This document shows, one piece after another, positions 30,966 through 40,800 of a DNA stretch of 64,000 bases. The translations under genes and the position numbers were made by a program. Below the pieces are notes generated by a model. It was given only the letters and a program-made list of their open reading frames with translations, had not been told where the DNA came from and ran no database searches. Position 1 is the first letter of the stretch; each line of letters opens with the position of its first letter. The DNA is from an uncultured Verrucomicrobiae bacterium. GTDB taxonomy: Bacteria > Verrucomicrobiota > Verrucomicrobiia > Limisphaerales > UBA1100. The stretch spans positions 50,992-114,991 of the forward strand of contig CALKBX010000016.1 in the NCBI GenBank assembly GCA_937775205.1, read 5' to 3'.

Positions 30966-32012
30966 ATGATGAAAAAACAAATACTAATCCCCGCCTTTCT
31001 CGGCGGGCTAATGACATTCAGTCTGACTACACAAGCCCAAGATCGCCCAGGACAAGGTGGCCGTGGTGGCGAAGGTGGCCGTGGTGAAGGTATCCGGGAA
31101 GCCATGATCAAGAAATATGATAAGAATGGTGACGGCAAGCTTGATGAAGATGAGCGCCCTTCCCGCGAAGAAATGCAGGAGTTTTTCCGTGCCCAACTTG
31201 GCGGTGGTCAAACCAGACCCAGCGGTGGTCAAACCAGACCCAGCGGTGGTCAAACCAGACCCAGCGGTGGTCAAACCAGACCCAGCGGTGGTCAAACTAG
31301 GCCCGGCGGCGGTCAAACCAGGCCTGGTCAGGGTGGTCGTGATGCAGCACCGCAGCAGAATATGCGCGATGCCATGCTCAAAAAGTTTGATAAAAATGGT
31401 GACGGCAAACTCGATGAAGATGAGCGCCCTTCCCGTGAAGAAATGCAGGAATTTTTCCGCTCGCAACTTGGAGGCGGACAAGGCGGCAGGCCTGGCGGTG
31501 GTCAAGGTGGCCCAGGTCAAGGACGGCCAGGTGCTGGTGAACCCGGACAAGGACGGCCGGGTCAGGGCGGCGGCTTTGGCGAAAGAGGTCAAGGTGGACG
31601 CGGCGGCTTCAGGCCACCTAATCCCGTAATGGAAGCCATTGACAAAAACAAGGACGGCACTCTAAGTGCGGAGGAATTAAAAAACGCCGCTAAGGCACTC
31701 TCTGCTTTAGATAAGAACAAAGACGGCAAGATCGACCAGGAAGAAATGCGTCCGCAATTCAATCGCGGCCAAGGTGGTCGTGAAGGCTTCAGCCGACCGG
31801 GACAAGGCGGCCAAGGTGGCGAAGGTCGCCCCGGACAGGGCGGACGTGAAAACCCACGCGGATCTGGTACTGGCGGACGTGAAAACCCACGCGGACCTGG
31901 TGCTGGCGGACGTGAAAACCCACGCGGACCTGGTGCTGGCGGACGTGAAAACCCACGCGGACCCCGCGAGGGCGATCGGAATCAACCTCGTCCTGAACGC
32001 AGTGATGCCTAA
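30966..32012 (+). CDS. Secreted EF-hand calcium-binding protein with low-complexity Gly/Arg/Pro repeats
   Basis: Signal peptide MMKKQILIPAFLGGLMTFSLTTQA. Four DKNGDGKLD / DKNKDG(T/K) EF-hand loops sit between repeat tracts. Confidence 0.8.
   Translation: MMKKQILIPAFLGGLMTFSLTTQAQDRPGQGGRGGEGGRGEGIREAMIKKYDKNGDGKLDEDERPSREEMQEFFRAQLGGGQTRPSGGQTRPSGGQTRPSGGQTRPSGGQTRPGGGQTRPGQGGRDAAPQQNMRDAMLKKFDKNGDGKLDEDERPSREEMQEFFRSQLGGGQGGRPGGGQGGPGQGRPGAGEPGQGRPGQGGGFGERGQGGRGGFRPPNPVMEAIDKNKDGTLSAEELKNAAKALSALDKNKDGKIDQEEMRPQFNRGQGGREGFSRPGQGGQGGEGRPGQGGRENPRGSGTGGRENPRGPGAGGRENPRGPGAGGRENPRGPREGDRNQPRPERSDA
31203..31328 (+). repeat. 6 x 21-nt in-frame tandem repeat (GGQTRPS); the first four copies are identical
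   Basis: ggtggtcaaaccagacccagc repeated head to tail. Confidence 0.95.
31839..31961 (+). repeat. About 3.7 x 33-nt in-frame tandem repeat (GGRENPRGPGA)
   Basis: ggcggacgtgaaaacccacgcggacctggtgct repeated head to tail. Confidence 0.95.
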
Positions 32013-32035
32013 AGCTTATTGATAACCAAAATCAG

Positions 32036-32063
32036 AAAGAGCGGCCTGTGGCCGCTCTTTTTT
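32036..32063 (+). terminator. Rho-independent terminator after the EF-hand gene
   Basis: aaagagcggcc-tgt-ggccgctcttt stem followed by a T-run. Confidence 0.85.
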
Positions 32064-32128
32064 CATCTCCAGTTATCAAATTCCCTGCAACTTTTTTGTT
32101 TTACATCCGTCTCTATAGAAGAATCGCC

Positions 32129-33430
32129 ATGAGAAAAATCCTATCTGCCCTCATTATAATTCCCTTCGCTGCAACAGCAGCCGAAAAGACCGCTAACTGG
32201 CCTCAGTGGCGCGGACCTAATGGAGACGGAACCGCACTTGAAAATAAGGTCCCAACTACTTGGAGTGAAACAAAAAATCTTAAATGGAAACTCAAACTGC
32301 CAGGCTATGGGGCATCGAGCCCGATCGTTTGGAATGAACGTGTTTACCTAACCTGTTATACGGGATACGGCTCGGGAAATCGCGGAGGAAGCCCGGCAAA
32401 CATGATGCGGCATCTCGTTTGTGTTGATGCCAAAACAGGCAAATCAGTTTGGCAGAAGGAACTCAAGCCCACAAAATCTGAAGATAGCTATAGTGGAATG
32501 GGGGTTCCTGAACACGGCTATGCCACCAGCACTCCGGCCACCGATGGCAAGGCAATCTATGTTTTTTTGGCGAAGTCCGGCATGGCTGCTTTTGATCTCA
32601 AGGGCAAAATACTCTGGCAAACAAGTGTTGGAAGCAGCTCCAGCCGCAAGCGCTGGGGATCCTCCAGCAGCCCGATCATCCACGGTGACTTGGTTTTTAT
32701 CAATGCCCTGCAGGAAGGCCACAAGATTTTTGCCCTGAACAAAACAGATGGAAAGATCGCGTGGCAATGGGGACCGGATGCCTATTCTTCATATCAGGAC
32801 GCCTACGGCACCCCTTCCTTGGTAAAAGCCAAGGATAAAACAGAGTTGGTCTTGGCCGTGCCGGGGGAAATATGGAGCTTTGACACAAAGAAGGGCGACA
32901 TTGTTTGGTATACCTACACAAACGTTGGAGCCGGACGGGGAAATGTCTCCCCCAGTGCCATAACCGGAGGTGACGCCCTGTATGTCTTTGGTGGTCGCCC
33001 CGGTTCGGGAGTAGCCATCAAGTTAGGAGGAAAAGGTGAAGTGAAAGAATCCTCCCAACTATGGACTTCACGTAATTCACCTTATGTTGCCTCCCCCGTT
33101 TACCATGAAGGCCATCTCTACTGGATGGACCGCAGCGGCTATGCCGTTTGCCTTAATGCAAAGACCGGCAAAGAGACTTACCGGGAACGCCTTCAGAGCT
33201 CAGGTCGCACTCCACAATTTTACGCCTCACCCGTGGTGGTTGACGGAAAGATTATTTCAGTCAGCCGCAACGCCGGCGCATTTGTGCTGGAAGCAAAACC
33301 AAAATTCAAGCAGCTCGCGCAAAACACTTTTGCCAGCGATCGCAGCGTCTTTAACGCGAGCCCCGCCGTCAGCAACAATAGGTTATTCCTTCGCTCGGAC
33401 ACGCACCTCTACTGCGTCGCTGGCGAATAA
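32129..33430 (+). CDS. PQQ-like / BamB-like beta-propeller repeat protein (secreted)
   Basis: Signal peptide MRKILSALIIIPFAATAA followed by NWPQWRGPNGDG and repeated propeller blades. Confidence 0.75.
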   Translation: MRKILSALIIIPFAATAAEKTANWPQWRGPNGDGTALENKVPTTWSETKNLKWKLKLPGYGASSPIVWNERVYLTCYTGYGSGNRGGSPANMMRHLVCVDAKTGKSVWQKELKPTKSEDSYSGMGVPEHGYATSTPATDGKAIYVFLAKSGMAAFDLKGKILWQTSVGSSSSRKRWGSSSSPIIHGDLVFINALQEGHKIFALNKTDGKIAWQWGPDAYSSYQDAYGTPSLVKAKDKTELVLAVPGEIWSFDTKKGDIVWYTYTNVGAGRGNVSPSAITGGDALYVFGGRPGSGVAIKLGGKGEVKESSQLWTSRNSPYVASPVYHEGHLYWMDRSGYAVCLNAKTGKETYRERLQSSGRTPQFYASPVVVDGKIISVSRNAGAFVLEAKPKFKQLAQNTFASDRSVFNASPAVSNNRLFLRSDTHLYCVAGE

Positions 33431-33503
33431 GCATTCAAATTCATTTACAGTATGCTACGTGCAGGCAACAATCCGCCCGCACCATTCAATCCCATTAACA
33501 TCC

Positions 33504-34775
33504 ATGAATACCTCACGTCGCCAATTCCTTAAGACCACCGCAGCAACTGCCGTGGTTGCCCCCAACATAATCTCCAGCCAAGCCTGGGCCAATAAACCGA
33601 GCGAAACGATCAACCTCGGTTTCATCGGCATTGGCAAAATGAGCGGAGGCCACCTTGGATTTTTCCTCGGACAAAAGGACTGCCGCGTGCTCGGACTCGC
33701 TGAAGTGGCCAAGGTGCGACGCGATCATGCAATGAACCGCGTGAATACAAAGTACGGCGCGGACAATGGATGTAAGGCGCACAACGATTTTCGCGAGGTG
33801 CTTGCCGACAAGCGCATTGACGCCGTGGTAATCGGAACGCCCGACCACTGGCACGCCACCCCATCCATTATGGCTGCCGAAGCAAAGAAAGATGTGTATT
33901 GCGAGAAGCCACTTACCGTTACCATCCATGCCGCTCTGGAGACGTTGAAAGCGGCGCGCAAAAATAATATCGTTTATCAGGTCGGCAGCCAGCAACGCAC
34001 GGAGTTCGGCGGTCATTTTCGAAAAGCAGTTGAATGCATCCGAAACGGACGCATCGGCAAGGTAACCAAAGTCAAAATCGGGGTTGGAAACCCGGCCATC
34101 CCCTGCAACCTTCCAACAGAGAAAAAACCCGATGAGATTGATTGGGATATGTGGACCGGAGCAGCTCCAATGCGAGGCTTTAACCACGTCCTGTGCCCAA
34201 CCAATGTGCATGGTCATTTCCCGCAATGGCGTTCTTACCGCGAATACGCCGGCGGAGGACTAAGCGACATGGGGGCACACCATTATGACATCGCCAAGTG
34301 GGCACTGGACTTGGATGAAACCGGGCCAACCAAGATCATCCCGCCCAAGGAGGGAAACAGCGGCCTGCGCATGATCTTTGCAAACGGGATCGAGATCATC
34401 CATGAACAAACCAAAGACCCCCTGAACGACGTGATCTTTTACGGCAGCGAAGGAACCCTGTACGTGGATCGTCGCGGCATCACCGCCGATCCAAAGAGCG
34501 CGGTGGATTCACCGTTCAGCGGCAAGGATTGGCGCTTGGAGAACATCGGCGGCAGCCATCGCCGCAACTGGATCGACTGCATCCGCAGCCGTAAACGCCC
34601 CGTGGCTGACGTGGCATTTGGAGCGCACACCTCAATTATCTGCAGCCTCGGAAATCTCGGCTACCAACTGCAGCGCGAGCTAAAGTGGGATCCCAAGAAA
34701 TACAAATTCCTAGGCGACAAGGAAGCCAACACCCTCCTTAGTCGCCCTGGCCGGGGCCCATGGAAGCTGGCTTAA
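33504..34775 (+). CDS. Gfo/Idh/MocA family oxidoreductase with twin-arginine signal
   Basis: MNTSRRQFLKTTAATAVVAP (TAT motif), a Rossmann GFIGIGKMSG, and EKP motif (VYCEKPLT). Confidence 0.85.
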   Translation: MNTSRRQFLKTTAATAVVAPNIISSQAWANKPSETINLGFIGIGKMSGGHLGFFLGQKDCRVLGLAEVAKVRRDHAMNRVNTKYGADNGCKAHNDFREVLADKRIDAVVIGTPDHWHATPSIMAAEAKKDVYCEKPLTVTIHAALETLKAARKNNIVYQVGSQQRTEFGGHFRKAVECIRNGRIGKVTKVKIGVGNPAIPCNLPTEKKPDEIDWDMWTGAAPMRGFNHVLCPTNVHGHFPQWRSYREYAGGGLSDMGAHHYDIAKWALDLDETGPTKIIPPKEGNSGLRMIFANGIEIIHEQTKDPLNDVIFYGSEGTLYVDRRGITADPKSAVDSPFSGKDWRLENIGGSHRRNWIDCIRSRKRPVADVAFGAHTSIICSLGNLGYQLQRELKWDPKKYKFLGDKEANTLLSRPGRGPWKLA

Positions 34776-34795
34776 CCCCGACTTTTCAACCTCAT

Positions 34796-34830
34796 AAAAA
34801 AAGCCCGCGCTAAATAAGGCGCGGGCTTTT
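34796..34830. terminator. Bidirectional Rho-independent terminator between convergent genes
   Basis: aaaaaaagcccgcgc-taaataag-gcgcgggctttt: an A-tract, a 9-bp GC stem and a T-tract. Confidence 0.85.
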
Positions 34831-34846
34831 AGAATTTCTAGGTAGC

Positions 34847-37800
34847 CTACTTTTCCATTTTCACGCCGAGGCGGATTTTGCCGGTAGCTCCGCCTACGCC
34901 ATCGACCATGAAGTAAACTCGGTCGCCGGCGTTGAGGGTGAGTTGGGGCACGATGACGGTGCTGAAGGGGCCCACGCCGCCGGGGGCGTTGTTGTTCCAC
35001 TTGAAGTATTGGTTGTTGAGCGGCACTTGCGCGGCGAGTTGGCCCTTGGGCACGTACATCACGCCGAGGGTGGTGTCGAAGGTGCTGCCTTTGGTGGTGG
35101 CTTCGAGTTCTTTTAGTTTGACGGGATCCGGGCCGGGCCATTCGATGTACCACCACACGGATTTGCCGTGGAAGGCGGGGTGATTGCGCTCGGTGTTTTC
35201 GCGTGTGGCCCCGTTGTTGTGTCCGTTAATTACGGTGGCAAAGACGGTGTTGTTATTTGCCCAACGGCCGCCAAACCATTTAGTGGCGGAATATCGATGG
35301 TCATTGGGCACAGCGGGATTGATGGGTAGATTGGGCACGGTGTTAGTGCCGCCGGGGGGGAGACCTCCGCCACCGCCGGTGCCCAGCCCGCCGCCTTTGT
35401 TGGGCATCCCGCCGCCGCCTTTGGGGAAACTGGGGTTGCCGCCATTGTTTTGATTGGTGTTCGTTGTGCCACCACCTCCACTACTACCGCCGCCGAGCCC
35501 CTTGCCTGGTTTTTTTGCGGTGCCAATGTTGATTTGGTTTGGGTTGGCGGGATTGCCCGCAAATTGGGTGCCCGCGCCACTACCGGCTTGAGTACTTCCA
35601 CCCGTCCGACTGCCGCCACGGGCGAAATTGTTGGGGCGTTCGCCGGGCAATCCTTTGGGGGGGGATGGCCGGGTGGAGGTGCGGGAGGAGGCGCGGCCGG
35701 AACCGTTTGAATCACGGAAGAAAGCGGCGTGATGGCCCACGGCCGAAATGGTGCGTGCGTGATCCAAATACAAGGGTTTGTCGTAGGAGGACAAGGGTGG
35801 AGGCAGGAACATACCGCGCAGCAGACCGGTGGGTTCGCCTTTCCAATAGGCGACCGGGCTGCTGAAAAGCGGTACTGTGGTGCTACCTCGGGTGGATGCG
35901 TAGGCCATTATGGTGCAGTATTTTGCGCCAAAGCCATCGCTTCCCCAGGATGAGAAATGATTGCCCACGGCTAGAAACTCATCAGCCACGCCGTTGGAAT
36001 TTGTGTAGGCGTAGGGGCTGAAGGTGATGCCTGTGTCGTGCGGGTGTAGTCCGGGCGTGCCCGGAGGTGAGCCGGCGCCCACATCGCCCAAACCGTGGGC
36101 GCAGCCGAGCACGTGGCCCAGTTCGTGTTGAAAGGTGTAGCCGCCGCCAAGATATTGCCCCTGTAGTGAGAGGTTGCGAACACTGTCGCGATTGCTGAGC
36201 ACTTGTGAGGAGTTGAAGTCCACACCATCGGGCCGGGTGGTGCCGGACATCAGATTTGGCGGCGGGTTTGGTCCGCGCATGGTGAGTTTCTGAGCTAAAC
36301 CAGCGGCGGCGCCGCCCACGTTTTCGGTGAGAATGCATACTAGGTCGGCACGGGCTGATGAAACGCCCATGGCAAAGTCTCCAAAAGCTCCGTGCAGGTT
36401 TGGATAACGCTGGCCTCTTCCTCCGTTGATGTCCATTCGCAGTGCGCCCACATCCACTCCGTTGGTTCCCACCACGGGCATTACGTTGGCTGGATTTGGT
36501 GGCTGATATGCTTGGCCGTAGGAGATGTCTCCCGTGGTGCTGCGCACCATCATGACGTTGAATCCGGTTCCATTGAAATCAATTTTATTGAGGCCCTTCA
36601 CCGCCTCGCCCATGCTGGAGTGAATGTTAATCTTAGTGGCATCCACCCGACTCACATAATAATCCGTGTTCAAAACAAGCCGCACGCCCGTGCCTCCGGT
36701 GTAGTCGCCATCCGCAGTGATCCCGCGGTTGTTGAATGCGGTTTGGATGGAATTGGTATGGACACCGGAATAAAGACTGATATCGGCATTGTTTAGAGAC
36801 AACGCCGCCGTCCGCATGGTGGCGCCGGCGGGCAAACCAAAATGATGCTGCAAAATAAGGCGATCGGCAACGGAAGCGTTGCCATCCGAGGCGACGATGG
36901 CGGCGCGGATATCCCAAAGGGCGCGGCTCCAAATTTCTCCGTCGTCATGTACGGACCCCACCAAATCGGCGGGGTACATTTTATTGCCGTCAATCCGCCG
37001 CACCATGGGGGGATCAATCGGCGGCCCACCAAAGCATTTGCGAATTCGCAGCCCACCGGCGGCAGTTTTGCCCAGCGAATAAACCTGACTCGCGACGTCC
37101 ACCGCAATGGATTTCACCGGCCCGATAACGGCATTGGCGGTCGCTCCGCCATCCCCCGGATCCGTCACTCCGCCGCCGGATACAACGGAGAGGGTGGAGT
37201 AGGTTTTGTTGCCAAAAAAATTTACTGTAGCTTCCACCCGCCGTACTTTTTGACCCCCTCGATCACCAAAATACAGTCGGCCCGAACCATCAAAAGCAAT
37301 GCCATCCACGTTGGTGAGCAATGCGTTGACCGCATTGACGGGGGTGCCGCCGGCGTCGGGGTTTATTCCACCCACAATGCCAGCCACGGTGCTAATGGTA
37401 CGCAGAGCGGCATTGTCATCCACCAAAATTCTGCGAATGCGCATACTGTTTGCGGTGGAGTTAGCGTCCACATAAACGAAGCGGGTGGTTCCCAAAAAAC
37501 CGGTCTCAATATCCGTAGCCAAAGTGTGTGTGCCACCTAGCCGGGAGCTGGTGGCTGGCTGGTTTTCCAGTTCTGAGGTGCCGCCGCCGCCGAAAAGGAT
37601 GATGGAGCCATTTGTCTCCAGCCGCCAAACCCGTTGCCCCACGGTGCTGCTCAGGTAAAGGCGATTAAGGTCATCAAAGGCTATATCTTCAATGCTGGAA
37701 AAATCCAAAGTGGTGGCCATGGGCGAGGCAGCCCCGGGCTCATTACTAATGGAATTGGGATCCGTTACCCCGCCACCGGCCACGGTGGTGAGTGAGCCAT

Positions 37801-40800
37801 TGGTGTCGATGCGCCGAATACGGCAGGAGCCGGTTGAGTTTTTATCCACGAAGAATATGCCTTCAGTGGAGTTATGATCGATCGCGCCCAGAGTGCCGAG
37901 GCTTTGCTGTAGAGCCACATTGGCCGCGGACGCATTGGCATCCGGGTCTTGCACTCCCCCACCGGCTATAATGGTGAAGGATGAATTTACATCAACCGTG
38001 GTGCCGAAGGTGGCATTAAAATCCATCCGCCGCACGCGGCTACCGTTGTTGTCGGTGAAGTAGAGCTTTTGCCAGTTGGTGGATTCGATGACGAAATCCT
38101 CCACGCTGCGTATCTCAACATCGGTTGAGCGCGCCGAGGAATTGTCGTCGATGAAATTGCCGATGGTGCCGCCGCCTAGGATGGTCTTAATTTCCCCTTT
38201 CGAAACATCGAGTGAATTATCAAAAGTATCAAACCCCATTCCGAACCATTCGCCAACCACGGCGGCATGATGTGTCTGATAAAGCGAATTCCCGTCGTTG
38301 AAGAAGGTGGTTACGGCTAGATAATCGCCAAACCCCTCGCCCATTGCGCCAAATTCTCCGCCAAGGCCCCAGTTGATATTTTGGTCGTATGTAATTGCGT
38401 GACCGTATTCATGAGCCACCACATCGGAATCCTCTGCCGAATCAATGACACCGGTACCAAAATGCAACGAGTTGTTGGCCGACGAGTAAAATGCGTTTTG
38501 AGACCCATCCCATTGAGCACAACTTCGGGTGGCGTTTGCGTCGCGGATGCCATTGGGCGGTGTATTGCTGCTGGAGAATCCCAGTGAACTGATGTGAGCG
38601 CCTACACGATCAATGGTGTAGTAAACATTGGCCTGCTCAAAGCGCACATCGTTGCGGCTATAGTTGTAAATTCGGCCGGCATCATTGGCAAGAGGCACCG
38701 GAGGAGCAGTGCCATTGTCAAGGCGCACCATATCGGCATATGTACCCACAAGCACTCCAGAGCCGGCACTTAGGCGGGGCAAACTCACGTTGGTCATATA
38801 CCCGTCTAACTCGGTGCTGTTATTATCAGCAATTCCTGCGGGATCATCCCTCAGAGTGCCGTCGGCATTCCCGCCTTTTCTCTGGTAAGGGTTGGGGATA
38901 AAAACATTGCCTACGCCCGTGGCGAAGCAGATGCGGTTTTCCTGCGACAACACCCGGCCCGATTGGGCATCCACCACCGTATGAAAATCACCCAGCGGTT
39001 TAAGTGCACAAATCGTTACTTCCCAAGCGAGCTTGGCCCCGCCCCTTTCGTCCGGCCACCACACAAGCTTGCCGGAGCCGGGCATACGCGGGCGCGTCAC
39101 CCCGCCTTTCCGATAAGCCGCCGCCTTGGCTGAGGTTATGGAAATAGCCGGACGAGCCTGAGCATCCACCGATAACGAATGGTGATACTTCGTATGCAAA
39201 GCGTGAATGGCACCGCTAGGTCGCTGATGCACTGAAACATATCCGCCATAAACCGGAATGCCGTGGAGCACTTGCTGGAACCGTGCGTGGCCGGTGCCCA
39301 GCCCATGCTTTACCTCGAGCAATTGTAAATCTGAAGTGTCAGCCTTCATCCGCAGTTGTTGAGCCATCGCACCCAAAAAGGCTCGCGCGCTCTTTTCCGG
39401 ATCCGCCACATCGCCCGGATAATCGAGATACCAATAACTCGCCCGGCCCCCTTCGAACATGGGTTGAGTGGTGCGTTTCCCAATCAACAGCCTCGGATAA
39501 TGTTGGGCGCGGGTGAATACTCCGTTGAATCCGGCCACCACCGGATAGGTCACCTTCGGAATCCCGGGGCCTTCCGGTTTGGGAGCGCCCTTGCCAACGC
39601 TGTCGCCAGGCTTTGGCTGAGGCTTTGGCTGAGGCTTTGGCTGAGGCTTTGGCTGAGGACGCCCGCCCGCTGCTCCGCCTTCGGCGGACTGCACCTGTAC
39701 TTCGGCAAGTTTTGCGGGCTGCTGATACACATTCCAAATCGGGATCGCACTCGCGTTCGTGTCCGGTGCCGTGCCCCATGACTCAAAATAAACCACTGAG
39801 CCGGTGGCCAAACCATGATCCGTGCCGCCAAGCCACTCAATAGTGTCAGCGCCAATATCCACCATTACCAAACCCTTTGCTGGGCCCGTCAAATCGTGAT
39901 ATTGCTGCACTGGTATGTGCGACATGGCAGGCACTCCAGCAGGAAGCGTGGTGACTGGATTACCCGGCACGCCCACATTGGGGTCTGTAAGCCCATGGCT
40001 GGATTCGCCATGCTCCACTGGGCCGGTGTTCAGCTCGGGAGCCTCCTCGTTGCTGTACGTAAAACTGGCAGCATTATCCCCAGCCGCCGGAGACATATCC
40101 ACAATCGGCACCAGCACCCAAGCAATATTGCTTGGCAAATTATTGTGCGGCCATTGCTCGGCCCCTCCGGCTGCCTCAAAGGTGCCCAACCCCCAGTATT
40201 GATCGCCATAAAGCAGGCTGTTGCTATTCTGCCCAATCCACGACAAGGCGTCGCCCAATTCACCCGGCGGCGTCAGCTTGCTGGGATTGTACATCTCATA
40301 CTTGGGTCTGTAGACACCCACCTTTGCGCCATTGGTCCAATCCTTGGTATACGCGGGCGGGTCGGAATCAGTATTAAAAACGGGCCGGACGGGGGCCTGC
40401 ACCTCTTCCCATGCCGCACCACTCGGGCCACCGCTTGATGCAAGCGTGGCATCGCCGCCCGACATGGCCCGCCATCGGGCCAGCGTGACATCCGCCGTGC
40501 GCACTTCAAGGGGGATATGGCAATTTGAAAAAATGGCGTTCGTCAGCTCAATCGTGCGAGTGATGGAAAGCTTGAGGTTCTCAAGCTGATCCTCTGGAGT
40601 CGCGCCGGTCTGGGCCGCCCGTAGATCATCGGTATAAACAAAAAGGACATCGATGATTTCCACATCGCCCCCGCGCAGATGTTCCAAAATGCCGGGCGAT
40701 GAGGGGCCCGTGGATTGGATGGCGGACCCGCCCCGACCCCAGAGACCGAAGCTGCGGGTATTATCAATCGCAGCCAAAATAGGTTGGCTGAACCTCACGG

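Noticed and set aside
31203-31961. Regularly spaced direct repeats that could be mistaken for a CRISPR array
   Set aside because: The repeats are contiguous with no spacers, 21 and 33 nt long, in frame, and encode Gly/Arg/Pro peptide repeats inside a CDS.
39609-39656. 12-nt x4 tandem repeat
   Set aside because: It is not an independent element. It encodes the (PQPK)n linker of the giant protein.
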